A stretch of 64,000 bases of DNA from Laetmonice hystrix (lineage: Eukaryota): assembly GCA_965235115.1 (NCBI GenBank), contig OZ249437.1:11904001-11968000 (forward strand). The letters run 5' to 3'. Positions 42,641 through 54,019 of the stretch are shown in pieces. Numbering within the stretch: the stretch's first letter is position 1; each line of letters opens with the position of its first letter. The notes under the pieces were generated by a model, which saw only the letters and a program-made list of their open reading frames with translations, was not told the DNA's origin and did not search any database. Position numbers and translations under genes: made by a program.

Positions 42641-43799
42641 CACAAATGGGTAGTTTTGGCCATTATGACAAGCACCGTTTGACGGAAGGCCCCACGACCG
42701 GTAGACATCAAGTCAGACCACCGGTTTCCCTGAGCCCAGCGGCTGTGCCTGGCTATTGGTGGATTCCAGAGAAAGGATGCTTGCACCAAAGGCACCAGTA
42801 CAGCCTCGACAATCCTGACTGATGTTTCTATGTTGGTATGATCAACATAGGCTGAGTAGCTATACTGCAGTGGAAAGGGTTGGTGGCGGGGGTAGAGGGG
42901 TGGGGGGTGGAAGGGGTAAAATATGGGTATAGCTGGCAGCAAGTAGTAATCCTTTGGTTGGATGGGCTTCCACAACGCACTGCCATAGGGCTTAGGGCCA
43001 AAGGGCCGTCTCGGAATCACCGTGACATATGTAAGGGTGGGGCTAGGGGGGCTGGTGGTCCAACGGCCCACACCCCAACACCGGCCCACCCTGGCCCATG
43101 CACCCTGGCCCAGCCCCGGTAGACATCCCGCGGCTGCCCAATCATGGCTAGGGCTTACAGCGTTACCTTCCTCCATGTGGGCGTCAGCGACGTCGGACAA
43201 ATGGCACAGTCATCCGTCATTGGTCGGTCGGTCCAACTTTTGTTTTCCCCCATACTCTAATCCTGGGTGGATTCTACATATCGCTGTCTCCACTTGAATG
43301 GACATTGCGATGCATGCTGGGGTTGGCATTAAATGAATCACATCAAGTTTGCTAGGATGTCTTTTGCTCCGTGCTACCTCCCAACTCAACCGCTGTTTCA
43401 TTCTTTTCGTCCACGCTGTCTGTAAACAGTGAACAATCCGGCCTGTTGTGATTAGATTATTATCTATATCAACCAGAGATAATTCTATCGGTGCAGGAGG
43501 GCGTGGCGATCCGACACGACAGACGGCACGACCAGACGACATCCAGGATTTAGTACAGCAAGCTACCACCAGGGGAGCGAAAGACTTGGGGTCACGTGTT
43601 TATAGGAATCGACATGACCCAAGTTTGTCTGGCGGTTCACGGCAGTCAGTGATTGGTTCCTTGACGCCCTGTTGGCAACTGTTTACTATCTGTAATGTCA
43701 TGAAGAATTATTTATTCATTCTAGTGATGATAATAATAATTAGATGATACCCCACACACAGGGACAACTCCATATTATATAAGTTGCATGGATTCTTTG

Positions 43800-44058
43800 G
43801 GTGGGTGGGTGGGTGTTTGGGGTTTTACGCCTTGCAACAGCCAGGGTCATATCACGGCGGTGAAGATGATGATGAGTCCGTTTTTCTTGGTGGAGGAAAC
43901 CGGAGGACCCGGAGGAAACCACCGACCTTCGGGAAGGAACTGATTGACAAACACATGCAGACTAGGCCAGGAATCGAACCCGGACCGCAGCGGTGTGAGG
44001 CGATGGTCCTCGGTGTCATGAGCCAACACCTTAGACCACTCGGCCACCCGAGGCCCCC
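43800..44058 (-). mobile_element. Full-length tRNA-derived SINE
   Basis: Minus strand: A box TGGCCGAGTGG, B box GGTTCGATTCC (43970-43980), core GGTTTCCTCCGGGTCCTCCGGTTTCCTCCACCA (V-SINE/MetaSINE-like), (CCCA)n tail; 14-bp TSD GCATGG[A/G]TTCTTTG at 43786-43799 and 44059-44072. Confidence 0.92.
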
Positions 44059-45117
44059 GCATGGGTTCTTTGACCTGGGGGTTGGGGGGGGGGAGTTTCC
44101 GCCTGTTTACACACCAGAAATATAACAATGTGTTTATAACAGATCAACATGTATTCGGATCAGCCAAGTAACCCAATGGAACGCTCCAAATAGAACCACC
44201 CCTTCCCCCCTCCAATAGAAAAGGCCCTAAAGCAACAAAAAGGGGCAGACTAGGTAGACCACCCTAATGTATGACTACATTACCCTTGAGAAGGGCCCAC
44301 CGCCCCTTCCATCCTCCCCGCCCCATATTTCATACTTCCCACACTAGGTGTCGTGGCAGGGCGTCCATTGAAGGATCGGCCTTCCATTGACAGCTGCCAA
44401 TTTAGAATCGAAGCGTGTCGTCTTTACCATTCGTGTGGAGCCGTCCTGTGTTCGCTCCACTGACCGTGCTGTGTTCACAGCATGTCGCCTGCCTTGCCCC
44501 ACCCAGTTGTCATCCCCTCTTACTCTACACCCAGCCCGACCTGGCTTAACGATTCGCCTACATTTGAAAGGCAGGGTTGGGAGCGTGCCTTGGCCCAATG
44601 AGGGACGAGGCGGGATAGTGTGTGACGGTAGCGGGGGGTGTGGCCGGCCGGGCCGGGCCGGGCGGCCGATCGCAGTCGGAGTCATACCGGCTACTCTCCC
44701 TCTCCCTCTCTCTGCAGTAATGAGTACAAATGAATATGGGCTCGCCTACTCGGGAGAATTAGTGTCTAGACAGGCGGTGCTGGCTGCTGCATACGAAGGT
44801 AGTCGAGTGGCCGGTTTGCTACGCATGCAGCACTATTGGCAGGGTCTGATCTGCCCACCCGCCAGACCCATCACTCATTGCGACCCGAGTCTGGTACACC
44901 GACCACTGTCACGGTCTCCTCACTCTCACCGGTCACTCCAGGGGGCGCCACAGGATGGACACTACCGCAGAGCGTCAGGAAGTCATGTGACCGCTGTAGA
45001 GGCATTTCAATTTACGCTGCCATCTTCAACAGTTTAAACAGCAAATCTGAGGTCATTCGTACGTCTGTCGAACGCGGGTTAAAATATCTGACAGAACTGG
45101 GCGACTACTAGTAATGG

Positions 45118-45534
45118 TGTTGCGGACCTAGTGGTGAGCTGGCCCGCGCGCTGCGCGGGCCAGTCCCATCACTAGGTCCGGGTGCTGGCCCTAGTGGTGC
45201 GCTGGCCCGCGTGTTGCGCACCACTAGGGCAGCCCTAGTGAAGGGAGGTGCGACTCCGCTCTAACTTGCCCATTCCAGTAAATATGTTTTAGCTGTATCT
45301 TCCCTAGCACTCATTAGGGGAAGCAAAGATAATTGTACATATAGTTTGAACCTTCCAACACGTTTAACTCCAATTTCAGGACCTCTTTTCCACATGCTTC
45401 ATGTGTAAAGTTCTATGCAGCACCAGGGCCAGCCATCACTAGGGCCAGCACCTGGACCTAGTGGTGGGCTGGCCCTAGTGAAGGGAGAAGCGATCTTAAA
45501 CATCCGGGATAAAAGGAATATATACTGTACTCGG
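45118..45534 (+). repeat. Left TIR of the Ginger element
   Basis: Reverse complement of 51976-52392; many CACTAG/CTAGTG and GGCCC/GGGCC motifs. Confidence 0.95.
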
Positions 45535-46366
45535 GACCATTGCTGCAATGATCCAGCCCTTTTACCTCTATCTGTGTTGGATGGATCCCACCACGGCCTT
45601 TCACCATTCACCTAGAAATCATGGGCCGGCCCTTAATTATAATCTAGCGAATATTCCAACAGAACAATTTTATTTTACGTTAAGACCTAGGATATGCAGA
45701 TACAATTATTTATGTCTATAGACCTATTTATAATAGGCGTACACATACCCCTTTGTTTCATTTCAGGACATAATATTCATTCTATACTATTGTAAATGAT
45801 TGGTTCCTGTCAAGTCCCAGGCAGCGTAATATACTGACTGCCCCTCCACGGGCCTTGGTCAGAACCATCTCTGGCGCGCAAATATATCCGATTCACAATA
45901 CCTGATACATACCTAGGTAACTACATACGAAGTCCCGACCCGCACATTACTATATAGTGCCAGCGCACCACGCGGGCCAGGCATCGGCCCTAGAGTGGCG
46001 CGCTGGCCCTAGTAATGCGAGAGTCGATTTAAGGGCGACTAAATGAACAAAATATAAAAATACAGTTATGTTCTTTCCCTGAAGTGTGTGTAGCTACATG
46101 CACTATTTCGTATACGCAGAGATGCAAACAATATCATGCCACTCCGATTTTTATACCCCTTGTCAAACAAAGAGCTGTAGAAAAAGAGGCCACTTCAATA
46201 AGCTCATATCCCTTTCTCCACCCTTTCTCCATTCACAAACACAGTAGGCTCCAAATATTTGGCCCCTTTATCAAAACATATATCATTAAATATATCATAA
46301 ACTGCACTGAAAACTTTTCACATATTCTTATCATCTCCCTTAGGATATACAAACACGGGACGAGGC

Positions 46367-46455
46367 GCCTTCACAGCGCGAAGTATGGAACGAGATGCTG
46401 GCGCATGGATACGGCACGACACCGAAGGTGGAGTGCCGTATGTGTGCGCCAGCAT
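46367..46455. repeat. Fold-back repeat fragment, same family as 63357-63497
   Basis: ATGCTGGCGCA...ATACGGCAC-GACACCGAAGGTGGA-GTGCCGTAT...TGCGCCAGCAT hairpin; clearly similar to 63370-63445. Confidence 0.75.
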
Positions 46456-47483
46456 GACCCTGATCCGACAGAGCATAGTTTGCAACCTGGCATGACTATT
46501 GTGCATGATATTTAACGTCATTATCAAAGTTTTGAGAACTATTAAATTACCAAACAAAGCTCGCTGTATTCATAACTATCAGGAGTCTCGCTAAAACAAA
46601 GACATCGGCGGAGACCTTTGACGTGGGGAATAATTCTTGGTTCTTTTTTGTATAATGTCGTCGCGACAAATTTTGCTTGGTAAGCGCTGCTAGGTGGAAG
46701 AGTCACAAACTTTCAGGTTTTAATACTACTTTTGTTAATGATTTGAAATGGTCGTACGAAAAAGAATCATTGAATCTATTTATTAAATTTCATACTGAAC
46801 AAAGGCCAAATATGTCTAGTTTCTTTTGCAATAATTTCCATGTGACTTGATTCATTATTGCCACCGCGAGCGAAAAGAATACCGGCTAGGCATATTCCAT
46901 ATTGCTGAACAGATGTCAAGTCGATCCTATATAGTTGAATAGTCTACAGTATAGGCCTATAGGCCTATATTTTCTGTCCGTTTTAGTAGCACTTATAGCG
47001 AAGTATAAATGTTCGGGTTTCAGGGTTCGGGTTAACATCATGGAGCTATAGAAAAAGAGGCCACTTCAATAAGTCATATCATTCTTTGAAAATGACTCGC
47101 TAGGCAACTGCAAAGCGCGGCGGCCAAAGGTGTCATTTTATTTGGTGGCTTCTTCAAAGACGTCAGGCATCGGCTGGAGACATGGGTGTGAACTTTGTCA
47201 CTTAGCAGAAATATGAATGGTTGTTTAATGTCTTTGAGGATGCCACTACAGATATATGTAGACATAGCGCCTAATGTCGGCGGTGTAGCAAGAACGACTT
47301 CCCCGTTACCAGACCCCACACCTTGGCGTCGGAAGCCACTTTACGTGTGTCCTTTGCCCTAGCCTCCAGGCAGAAGCCAGGGGTTCTTTCCACATTCTCT
47401 CTAGCTTGTTACTTGTAACAACTCTGAGCGAAACACTATTGCATTCAACGCGATTTCTACTTGACCAATTCACATTGATAAAG

Positions 47484-47651
47484 ATGGAGCAGTCTCACGG
47501 CAAAGGTGACGTTACGTCTACCTCATCAGATCGTCATCGACAAGTCATGAATGATTTGTGTCATCAGCAAATAGAGGCGCCCAATTCCATGGTCCTCTCC
47601 GACGCAAAATTCGACGCGATCGTTGACTACTTGAAAGATCCAAGTGACAAA
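47484..47651 (+). pseudogene. Ginger transposase exon 1 (MEQSHG...FDAIVDYLKDPSDK)
   Basis: ATG at 47484, 56 codons, phase-0 GTAAGT donor at 47652; joins in frame to exon 2. Confidence 0.7.
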
Positions 47652-48126
47652 GTAAGTCGATGTACTCATTGCTGCTATGGTCATTCATTTACAGCAAGAC
47701 TCCAAGAAATCTTTGTGTGCACAGGTGGCTGCCCGTAGGCAGCTATCCAGAGGGGCTGGTTCGTTGGAGGGCCAAAGGGGGACCGACAGGAAGCCCGGCG
47801 TCGGGGGGTCTGAGGGAAAGTGAACAGCGCAAACATACGCAGGGGTCTCGGGGACCTTCCCCAGAAAATTTTTGATTTTAGAAGGCAAATCCCCCTGCTA
47901 TTTTTTGGTATTTGGAGATATATAAATTGTGAAGTTTCTCACAGCATTTCGGCCTATCCAGCTTTTTCAAGTAGCGGGGGTCGCATCCTTGCTGGGGGGG
48001 GGGGGGGGGTCCGGGGGCATGTCCCCCAGGAAAATGTTGAAATTCAAGGTGTAATTTGGTAAAATCTGATGCATTTTGGAGCACAAAATAAGCTATTCAA
48101 TGACCAGTGTAAAGGGCACCATGAAA

Positions 48127-48128
<2 letters not shown>

Positions 48129-48190
<62 letters not shown>
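48129..48190. repeat. (TAT)n microsatellite in the transposase intron
   Basis: About 20 uninterrupted TAT units just upstream of the acceptor. Confidence 0.98.
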
Positions 48191-48209
48191 TTCATTTTAA
48201 TATTATTAG

Positions 48210-48560
48210 GTGTCACACCGCTTCAAGGGCTACCTCAAGAAGCGCAAGTTTGAGCTTGTGAATTTGCCGGCCCTTGGACTCCATGACGCGCTCGTGGTTC
48301 CATCTGATGAAAAGGATGGATCCCGCTTCAAACGCGTAGCCCGACAATCCCAAATCTACGACATTGTGCAGCAGGTGCACGTGCACGAGCTGCAGCACAG
48401 TGGGTACCGGAAGACCTATGAGTGGATCCGGAAGAGCTACTACGGGATCCTTCGCCCCTATGTCCAGGCCTTCTGCAAGGAATGCCCCACCTGCCAGTTG
48501 TCCGCACTAAAAGTTGCAAGGCCCCCCCTTAAGCCAATCATCACGGAGGACTTCCTCTAA
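48210..48560 (+). pseudogene. Ginger transposase exon 2: integrase H2C2 zinc finger (KRBA2/SCAND3-like), truncated before the DDE core
   Basis: TAG acceptor at 48207-48209; translation HVHELQHSGYRKTYEWIRKSYYGILRPYVQAFCKECPTCQL...PLKPIITEDFL*RI; TAA falls where the family has FLxRxQxDL, and similarity is lost right after. Confidence 0.85.
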
Positions 48561-48684
48561 CGTATCCGACGACCCTCAGCTACACTGGAGTTCGACGTCA
48601 CGTTAGCAACGCAATGAAGGTGGGCCACCTTACGCCCTTTCCATCCCGGGGATGCCGTCGGTCACCTCGAGTCCTGACGACAAT

Positions 48685-51296
48685 ACCCTGACAACTGCCT
48701 TGCCATCTTCCGCCTCATGATCAGGTGGCATGTGTCGGGGTCCCCGCACATGTCCCCTGACCACCCTGACCATCTGCCTCGCCATCCTCCACCGACCACC
48801 TTGACAACAGCATCTTCCTTGCCATTCTCCATCGACTACCTTGACAACAGCATCTTCCTCGCCATCCTCCATCGACCACCTTGACAACAGCATCTTCCTT
48901 GCCATCCTCCATCGACTACCTTGACAACAGCATCTTCCTCGCCATCTTCCATCGACCACCTTGACAACAGCATCTTCCTCGGCATCCTCCATCGACCACC
49001 TTGACAACAGCATCTTCCTCGCCATCCTCCACCTGATGATCAGTTGGCATGTGTCGGGGTCCCCGCACATGTCAACTGACCACCCTGACCATCTGCCTCG
49101 CCATCCTCCATCGACCACCTTGACAACAGCATCTTCCTTGCCATCCTCCATCGACCACCTTGACAACATCATCTTTCTCGCCATCCTCCATCGACCACCT
49201 TGACAACAGCATCTTCCTTGCCATCCTCCATCGACCACCTTGACAACAGCATCTTCCTCGCCATCTTCCATCGACCACCTTGACAACAGCATCTTCCTCG
49301 GCATCCTCCATCGACCACCTTGACAACAGCATCTTCCTCGCCATCCTCCACCTAAAGATCAGTTGGCATGTGTCGGGGTCCCCGCACATGTCAACTGACC
49401 ACCCTGACCATCTGCCTCGCCATCCTCCATCGACCACCTTGACAACAGCATCTTCCTTGCCATCCTCCATCGACCACCTTGACAACATCATCTTTCTCGC
49501 CATCCTCCATCGACCACCTTGACAACAGCATCTTCCTTGCCATCCTCCATCGACCACCTTGACAACAGCATCTTCCTCGCCATCTTCCATCGACCACCTT
49601 GACAACAGCATCTTCCTCGGCATCCTCCATCGACCACCTTGACAACAGCATCTTCCTCGCCATCCTCCACCTAAAGATCAGTTGGCATGTGTCGGGGTCC
49701 CCGCACATGTCAACTGACCACCCTGACCATCTGCCTCGCCATCCTCCATCGACCACCTTGACAACAGCATCTTCCTTGCCATCCTCCATCGACCACCTTG
49801 ACAACATCATCTTTCTCGCCATCCTCCATCGACCACCTTGACAACAGCATCTTCCTTGCCATCCTCCATCGACCACCTTGACAACAGCATCTTCCTCGCC
49901 ATCTTCCACCTGATGATCAGTTGGCATGTGTCGGGGTCCCCGCACATGTCAACTGACCACCCTGACCAACAGCATCTTCCTCGCCATCCTCCATCGACCA
50001 CCTTGACAACAGCATCTTCCTTGCCATCCTCCATCGACCACCTTGACAACAGCATCTTCCTTGCCATCCTCCATCGACCACTTTGACAACAGCATCTTCC
50101 TCGCCATCCTCCACCTGATGATCAGTTGGCATGTGTCGGGGTCCCCGCAGATGTCAACTGACCACCCTGACCAAAAGCATCTTCCTTGCCATCCTCCATC
50201 GACCACCTTGACAACAGCATCTTCCTCGCCATCTTCCACCTGATGATCAGTTGGCATGTGTCGGGGTCCCCGCACATGTCAACTGACCACCCTGACCATC
50301 TGCCTCGCCATCCTCCATCGACCACCTTGACAACAGCATCTTCCTCGCCATCTTCCACCTGATGATCAGTTGGCATGTGTCGGGGTCCCCGCACATGTCA
50401 ACTGACCACCCTGGCCAACAGCATCTTCCTCGCCATCCTCCATCGACCACCTTGACAACAGCATCTTTCTTGCCATCCTCCATCGACCACCTTGACAACA
50501 GCATCTTCCTCGCCATCCTCCATCGACCACCTTGACAACAGCATCTTCCTTGCCATCCTCCATCGACCACCTTGACAACAGCATCTTCCTTGCCATCCTC
50601 CATCGACCACCTTGACAACAGTATCTTCCTTGCCATCCTCCATCGACCACCTTGACAACAGCATCTTCCTTGCCATCCTCCATCGACCACCTTGACAACA
50701 GCATCTTCCTTGCCATCCTCCATCGACCACCTTGACAACAGCATCTTCCTTGCCATCCTCTATCGACCACCTTGACAACAGCATCTTCCTTGCCATCCTC
50801 CATCGACCACCTTGACAACAGCATCTTCCTCGCCATCTTCCACCTGATGATCAGTTGGCATGTGTCGGGGTCCCCGCACATGTCAACTGACCACCCTGAC
50901 CAACAGCATCTTCCTCGCCATCCTCCTTCGACCACCTTGACAACAGCATCTTCCTTGCCATCCTCCATCGACCACCTTGACAACAGCATCTTCCTCACCA
51001 TCTTCTACCTGGTGATCAGTTGGCATGTGTCGGGGTCCCCGCACATGTCACCTGACCACCCTGACCATCTGCCTCGCCATCCTCCACCGACCACCTTGAC
51101 AACAGCATCTGCCTCGCCATCCTCCATCGACCACCTTGACAACAGCATCTTCCTCACCATCTTCTACCTGGTGATCAGTTGGCATGTGTCGGGGTCCCCG
51201 CACATGTCACCTGACCACCCTGACCATCTGCCTCGCCATCCTCCACCAACCACCTTGACAACAGCATCTTCCTCGCCTGATGATCAGGTGGCATAG
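48685..51296. repeat. Composite minisatellite: 40-bp unit CCATCCTCCATCGACCACCTTGACAACAGCATCTTCCTTG interspersed with 11 hairpin modules
   Basis: Hairpin TCAGTTGGCATGTGTCGGGG-T-CCCCGCACATGTCAACTGA (or variant) starts at 48721, 49040, 49359, 49678, 49917, 50122, 50247, 50366, 50851, 51016, 51175. Confidence 0.95.
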
Positions 51297-51975
51297 GAGT
51301 ATGAAATAAATTCTATATTCGCTGGGTGCATCAAGGACCACTAGAGCTTCAGGACCCAAAATTTCCCAAACGGCCCTTTTCAGGGCCACAACCGATCACA
51401 AAAGAAGAGATAAATGCTTGTGTCTTCATAGCTCTTTATATGCTCTCTACTAACTGATACACGCATATAATAATGGCAAGGCCCATACCTTTCTGGTTTT
51501 TTTTCTGTTGGCTGCTAGGTCGAAAACAACGACCTAGCAACCATTCACTTCTATGTTAAATTATCGACGTCGTTATTATCGACCTTTGAAAAACCGGCCC
51601 CTTGCAGGGTAGCATACTAACTTGGGTGCTATACGGTGTATAACGGGTTATATATGTAACAGAGATACATATAATATCGGGCCACGGGTAATACATAAGG
51701 ATATCTGGCAACTCTAAATCACTAGAATTACATATATAATTTAATGTCAAATTACCCCAGGACTACTAATTTTGTAAAATTAGTAGTCAGGGGTACTGAC
51801 TTCGGTGCTATACGGTGCCTTCATAAGTATGCGGGGTTGATGACTTGGATGCTACGGTGTATTGAGGCGATATAACGTGTAGTACCGTCCATGTAACGTA
51901 TAGGCCAAGTATCATTGAAGTGATATACGTGAAATATGTACACAATATGTGCAGGCATACGGTACAGTATATATT

Positions 51976-52392
51976 CCGAGTACGGTATATATTCCTTTTA
52001 TCCCGGATGTTTAAGATCGCTTCTCCCTTCACTAGGGCCAGCCCACCACTAGGTCCAGGTGCTGGCCCTAGTGATGGCTGGCCCTGGTGCTGCATAGGAC
52101 TTTACACATGAAGCATGTGGAAAAGAGGTACTGAAATTGGAGTTAAACGTGTTGGAAGGTTCAAACTATATGTACAATTACCTTTGCTTCCCCTAATGAG
52201 TGCTAGGGAAGATACAGCTAAAATATATTTACTGGAATGGGCAAGTTAGAGCGGAGTCGCACCTCCCTTCACTAGGGCTGCCCTAGTGGTGCGCAACACG
52301 CGGGCCAGCGCACCACTAGGGCCAGCACCCGGACCTAGTGATGGGACTGGCCCGCGCGCTGCGCGGGCCAGCTCACCACTAGGTCCGCAACA
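51976..52392 (-). repeat. Right TIR of the Ginger element
   Basis: Reverse complement of 45118-45534, ends CCGCAACA. Confidence 0.95.
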
Positions 52393-52669
52393 ACGGCACT
52401 AACACACCGCTGCAACACCGAATTCATATACTACTTGTGGAGAGGGGGGCAGGTCGGAAACATGTCATAAATCAGTAAAGCAACTTGTTATGAAAACTTT
52501 ATTCAGAGTAAAATATGTCAGTATGTAGTACAGTACACGTGTATACTAACGTGAATGAGATCAATGACACCAACACGGAGGTGTGTAAACGTGCGTGGAC
52601 TGGAATGATCGCTTGTTCCGTTTGAAGGCCAGGTTGATCAGCTACAACGTCAGCTTTACTTTCAATATA

Positions 52670-54019
52670 CAGGGTGTATCAAAAATAGCGGAACAGTTGC
52701 AATTTCTCTCAATTCTTACATATCTAGAATAGATATACCAAACACAGGTAGGTCATCTCGTACGGATCTTAGTTCCAATTGCTTGTATCTAGAATAGATA
52801 TACCAAACACAGGTAGTTCTTCTCGTGTGTACAGATCTTAGTTTCAAATTGCTTGTATCTAGAATAGATATACCAAACACAGGTAGGTCATCTCGTGTGT
52901 ACGGACCTTAGTTTCAAATTGCTTGTATCTAGAATAGATATACCAAACACGGGTAGATCTTCTCGTGTGTACGGACCTTAGTTTCAAATTGCTTGTATCT
53001 AGAATAGATATACCAAACACAGGTAGGTCTTCTCGTACGGATCTTAGTTTCAAATTGCTTGTATCTAGAATAGATATACCAAACACAGGTAGGACATCTG
53101 GTGTGTACGGACCTTAGTTTCAAATTGCTTGTATCTAGAATAGATATACCAAACACAGGTAGGTCTTCTCGTGTGTACGGACCTTAGTTTCAAATTGCTT
53201 GTATCTAGAATAGATATACCAAACACAGGTAGGTCTTCTCGTGTGTACGGACCTTAGTTTCAAATTGCTTGTATCTAGAATAGATATACCAAACACAGGT
53301 AGGTCTTCTCGTGTGTACGGACCTTAGTTTCAAATTGCTTGTATCTAGAATAGATATACCAAACACAGGTAGGTCTTCTCGTGTGTACGGACCTTAGTTT
53401 CAAATTGCTTGTATCTAGAATAGATATACCAAACACAGGTAGGTCTTCTCGTACGGATCTTAGTTTCAAATTGCTTGTATCTAGAATAGATATACCAAAC
53501 ACAGGTAGGTCTTCTCGTGTGTACGGACCTTAGTTTCAAATTGCTTGTATCTAGAATAGATATACCAAACACAGGTAGGTCTTCTCGTACGGATCTTAGT
53601 TTCAAATTGCTTGTATCTAGAATAGATATACCAAACACAGGTAGGTCATCTCGTACGGATCAAATTGACACCATTTATGTCTGAACGCTCTCTGCATGGC
53701 GTTCACGCACTGTTCAAACCTAAAGTCCCATTTGTTACAGGGTGAGAATCACGTGTGTAATTAACCTCTGCCTTTTATTCATTGCATAACATTCTTAAGT
53801 AAGTCCCGGTGGGTAAGGTACGTAATGAAATGTATAATGTGGATCATCATTTGGCAAAATGTCACAGCTAAAGCCACAGGAGAGGTCCTGTATCGTTACT
53901 GACAGTGAGAGAAGCCTTTGCTCGGACAGACAAAGGTTTCTCTCACTCTTGCCAAACTTCCCAAGCCAGCATACTCTGTAACAAATTTGCAACTGTTCCG
54001 CTTTTGTTTATACACCCTG
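52670..54019. mobile_element. Non-autonomous Tc1/mariner-like element carrying a tandem array
   Basis: TIR CAGGGTGTATCAAAAATAGCGGAACAGTTGCAA / TTGCAACTGTTCCGCTTTTGTTTATACACCCTG (about 33 bp, 3 mismatches), TA on both sides (52668-52669; 54020-54021). Confidence 0.85.
52721..53660. repeat. Minisatellite with 66/70-bp units (TCTAGAATAGATATACCAAACACAGGTAGG...), about 14 copies
   Basis: Directly visible; the two unit lengths differ by a GTGT insertion. Confidence 0.96.

Larger units (their letters stand above)
45118..52392 (+). mobile_element. Ginger-type (Ginger2/TDD-like) DNA transposon, apparently internally deleted
   Basis: TGTTG...CAACA termini, 417-bp TIRs (45118-45534; 51976-52392, about 8 differences counted by eye), 4-bp flanks ATGG/ACGG (one CpG-type change), internal H2C2 integrase zinc-finger coding exons. 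Confidence 0.88.

Noticed and set aside
43960-44058. tRNA gene
   Set aside because: A and B boxes are present, but it continues into a SINE core and tail and is flanked by a TSD; no complete cloverleaf
48076-48261. Poly-Tyr ORF
   Set aside because: (TAT)n microsatellite inside an intron
48685-51296. CRISPR-like look of palindromic modules at intervals
   Set aside because: The intervening sequence is copies of one 40-bp unit, not unique spacers; spacing is irregular; no cas genes; eukaryotic context
48630-51389. Many MARKMLLSRWSMEDG / TTASSLPSSIDHLD ORFs
   Set aside because: The 40-bp unit is not a multiple of 3; these are repeat translations
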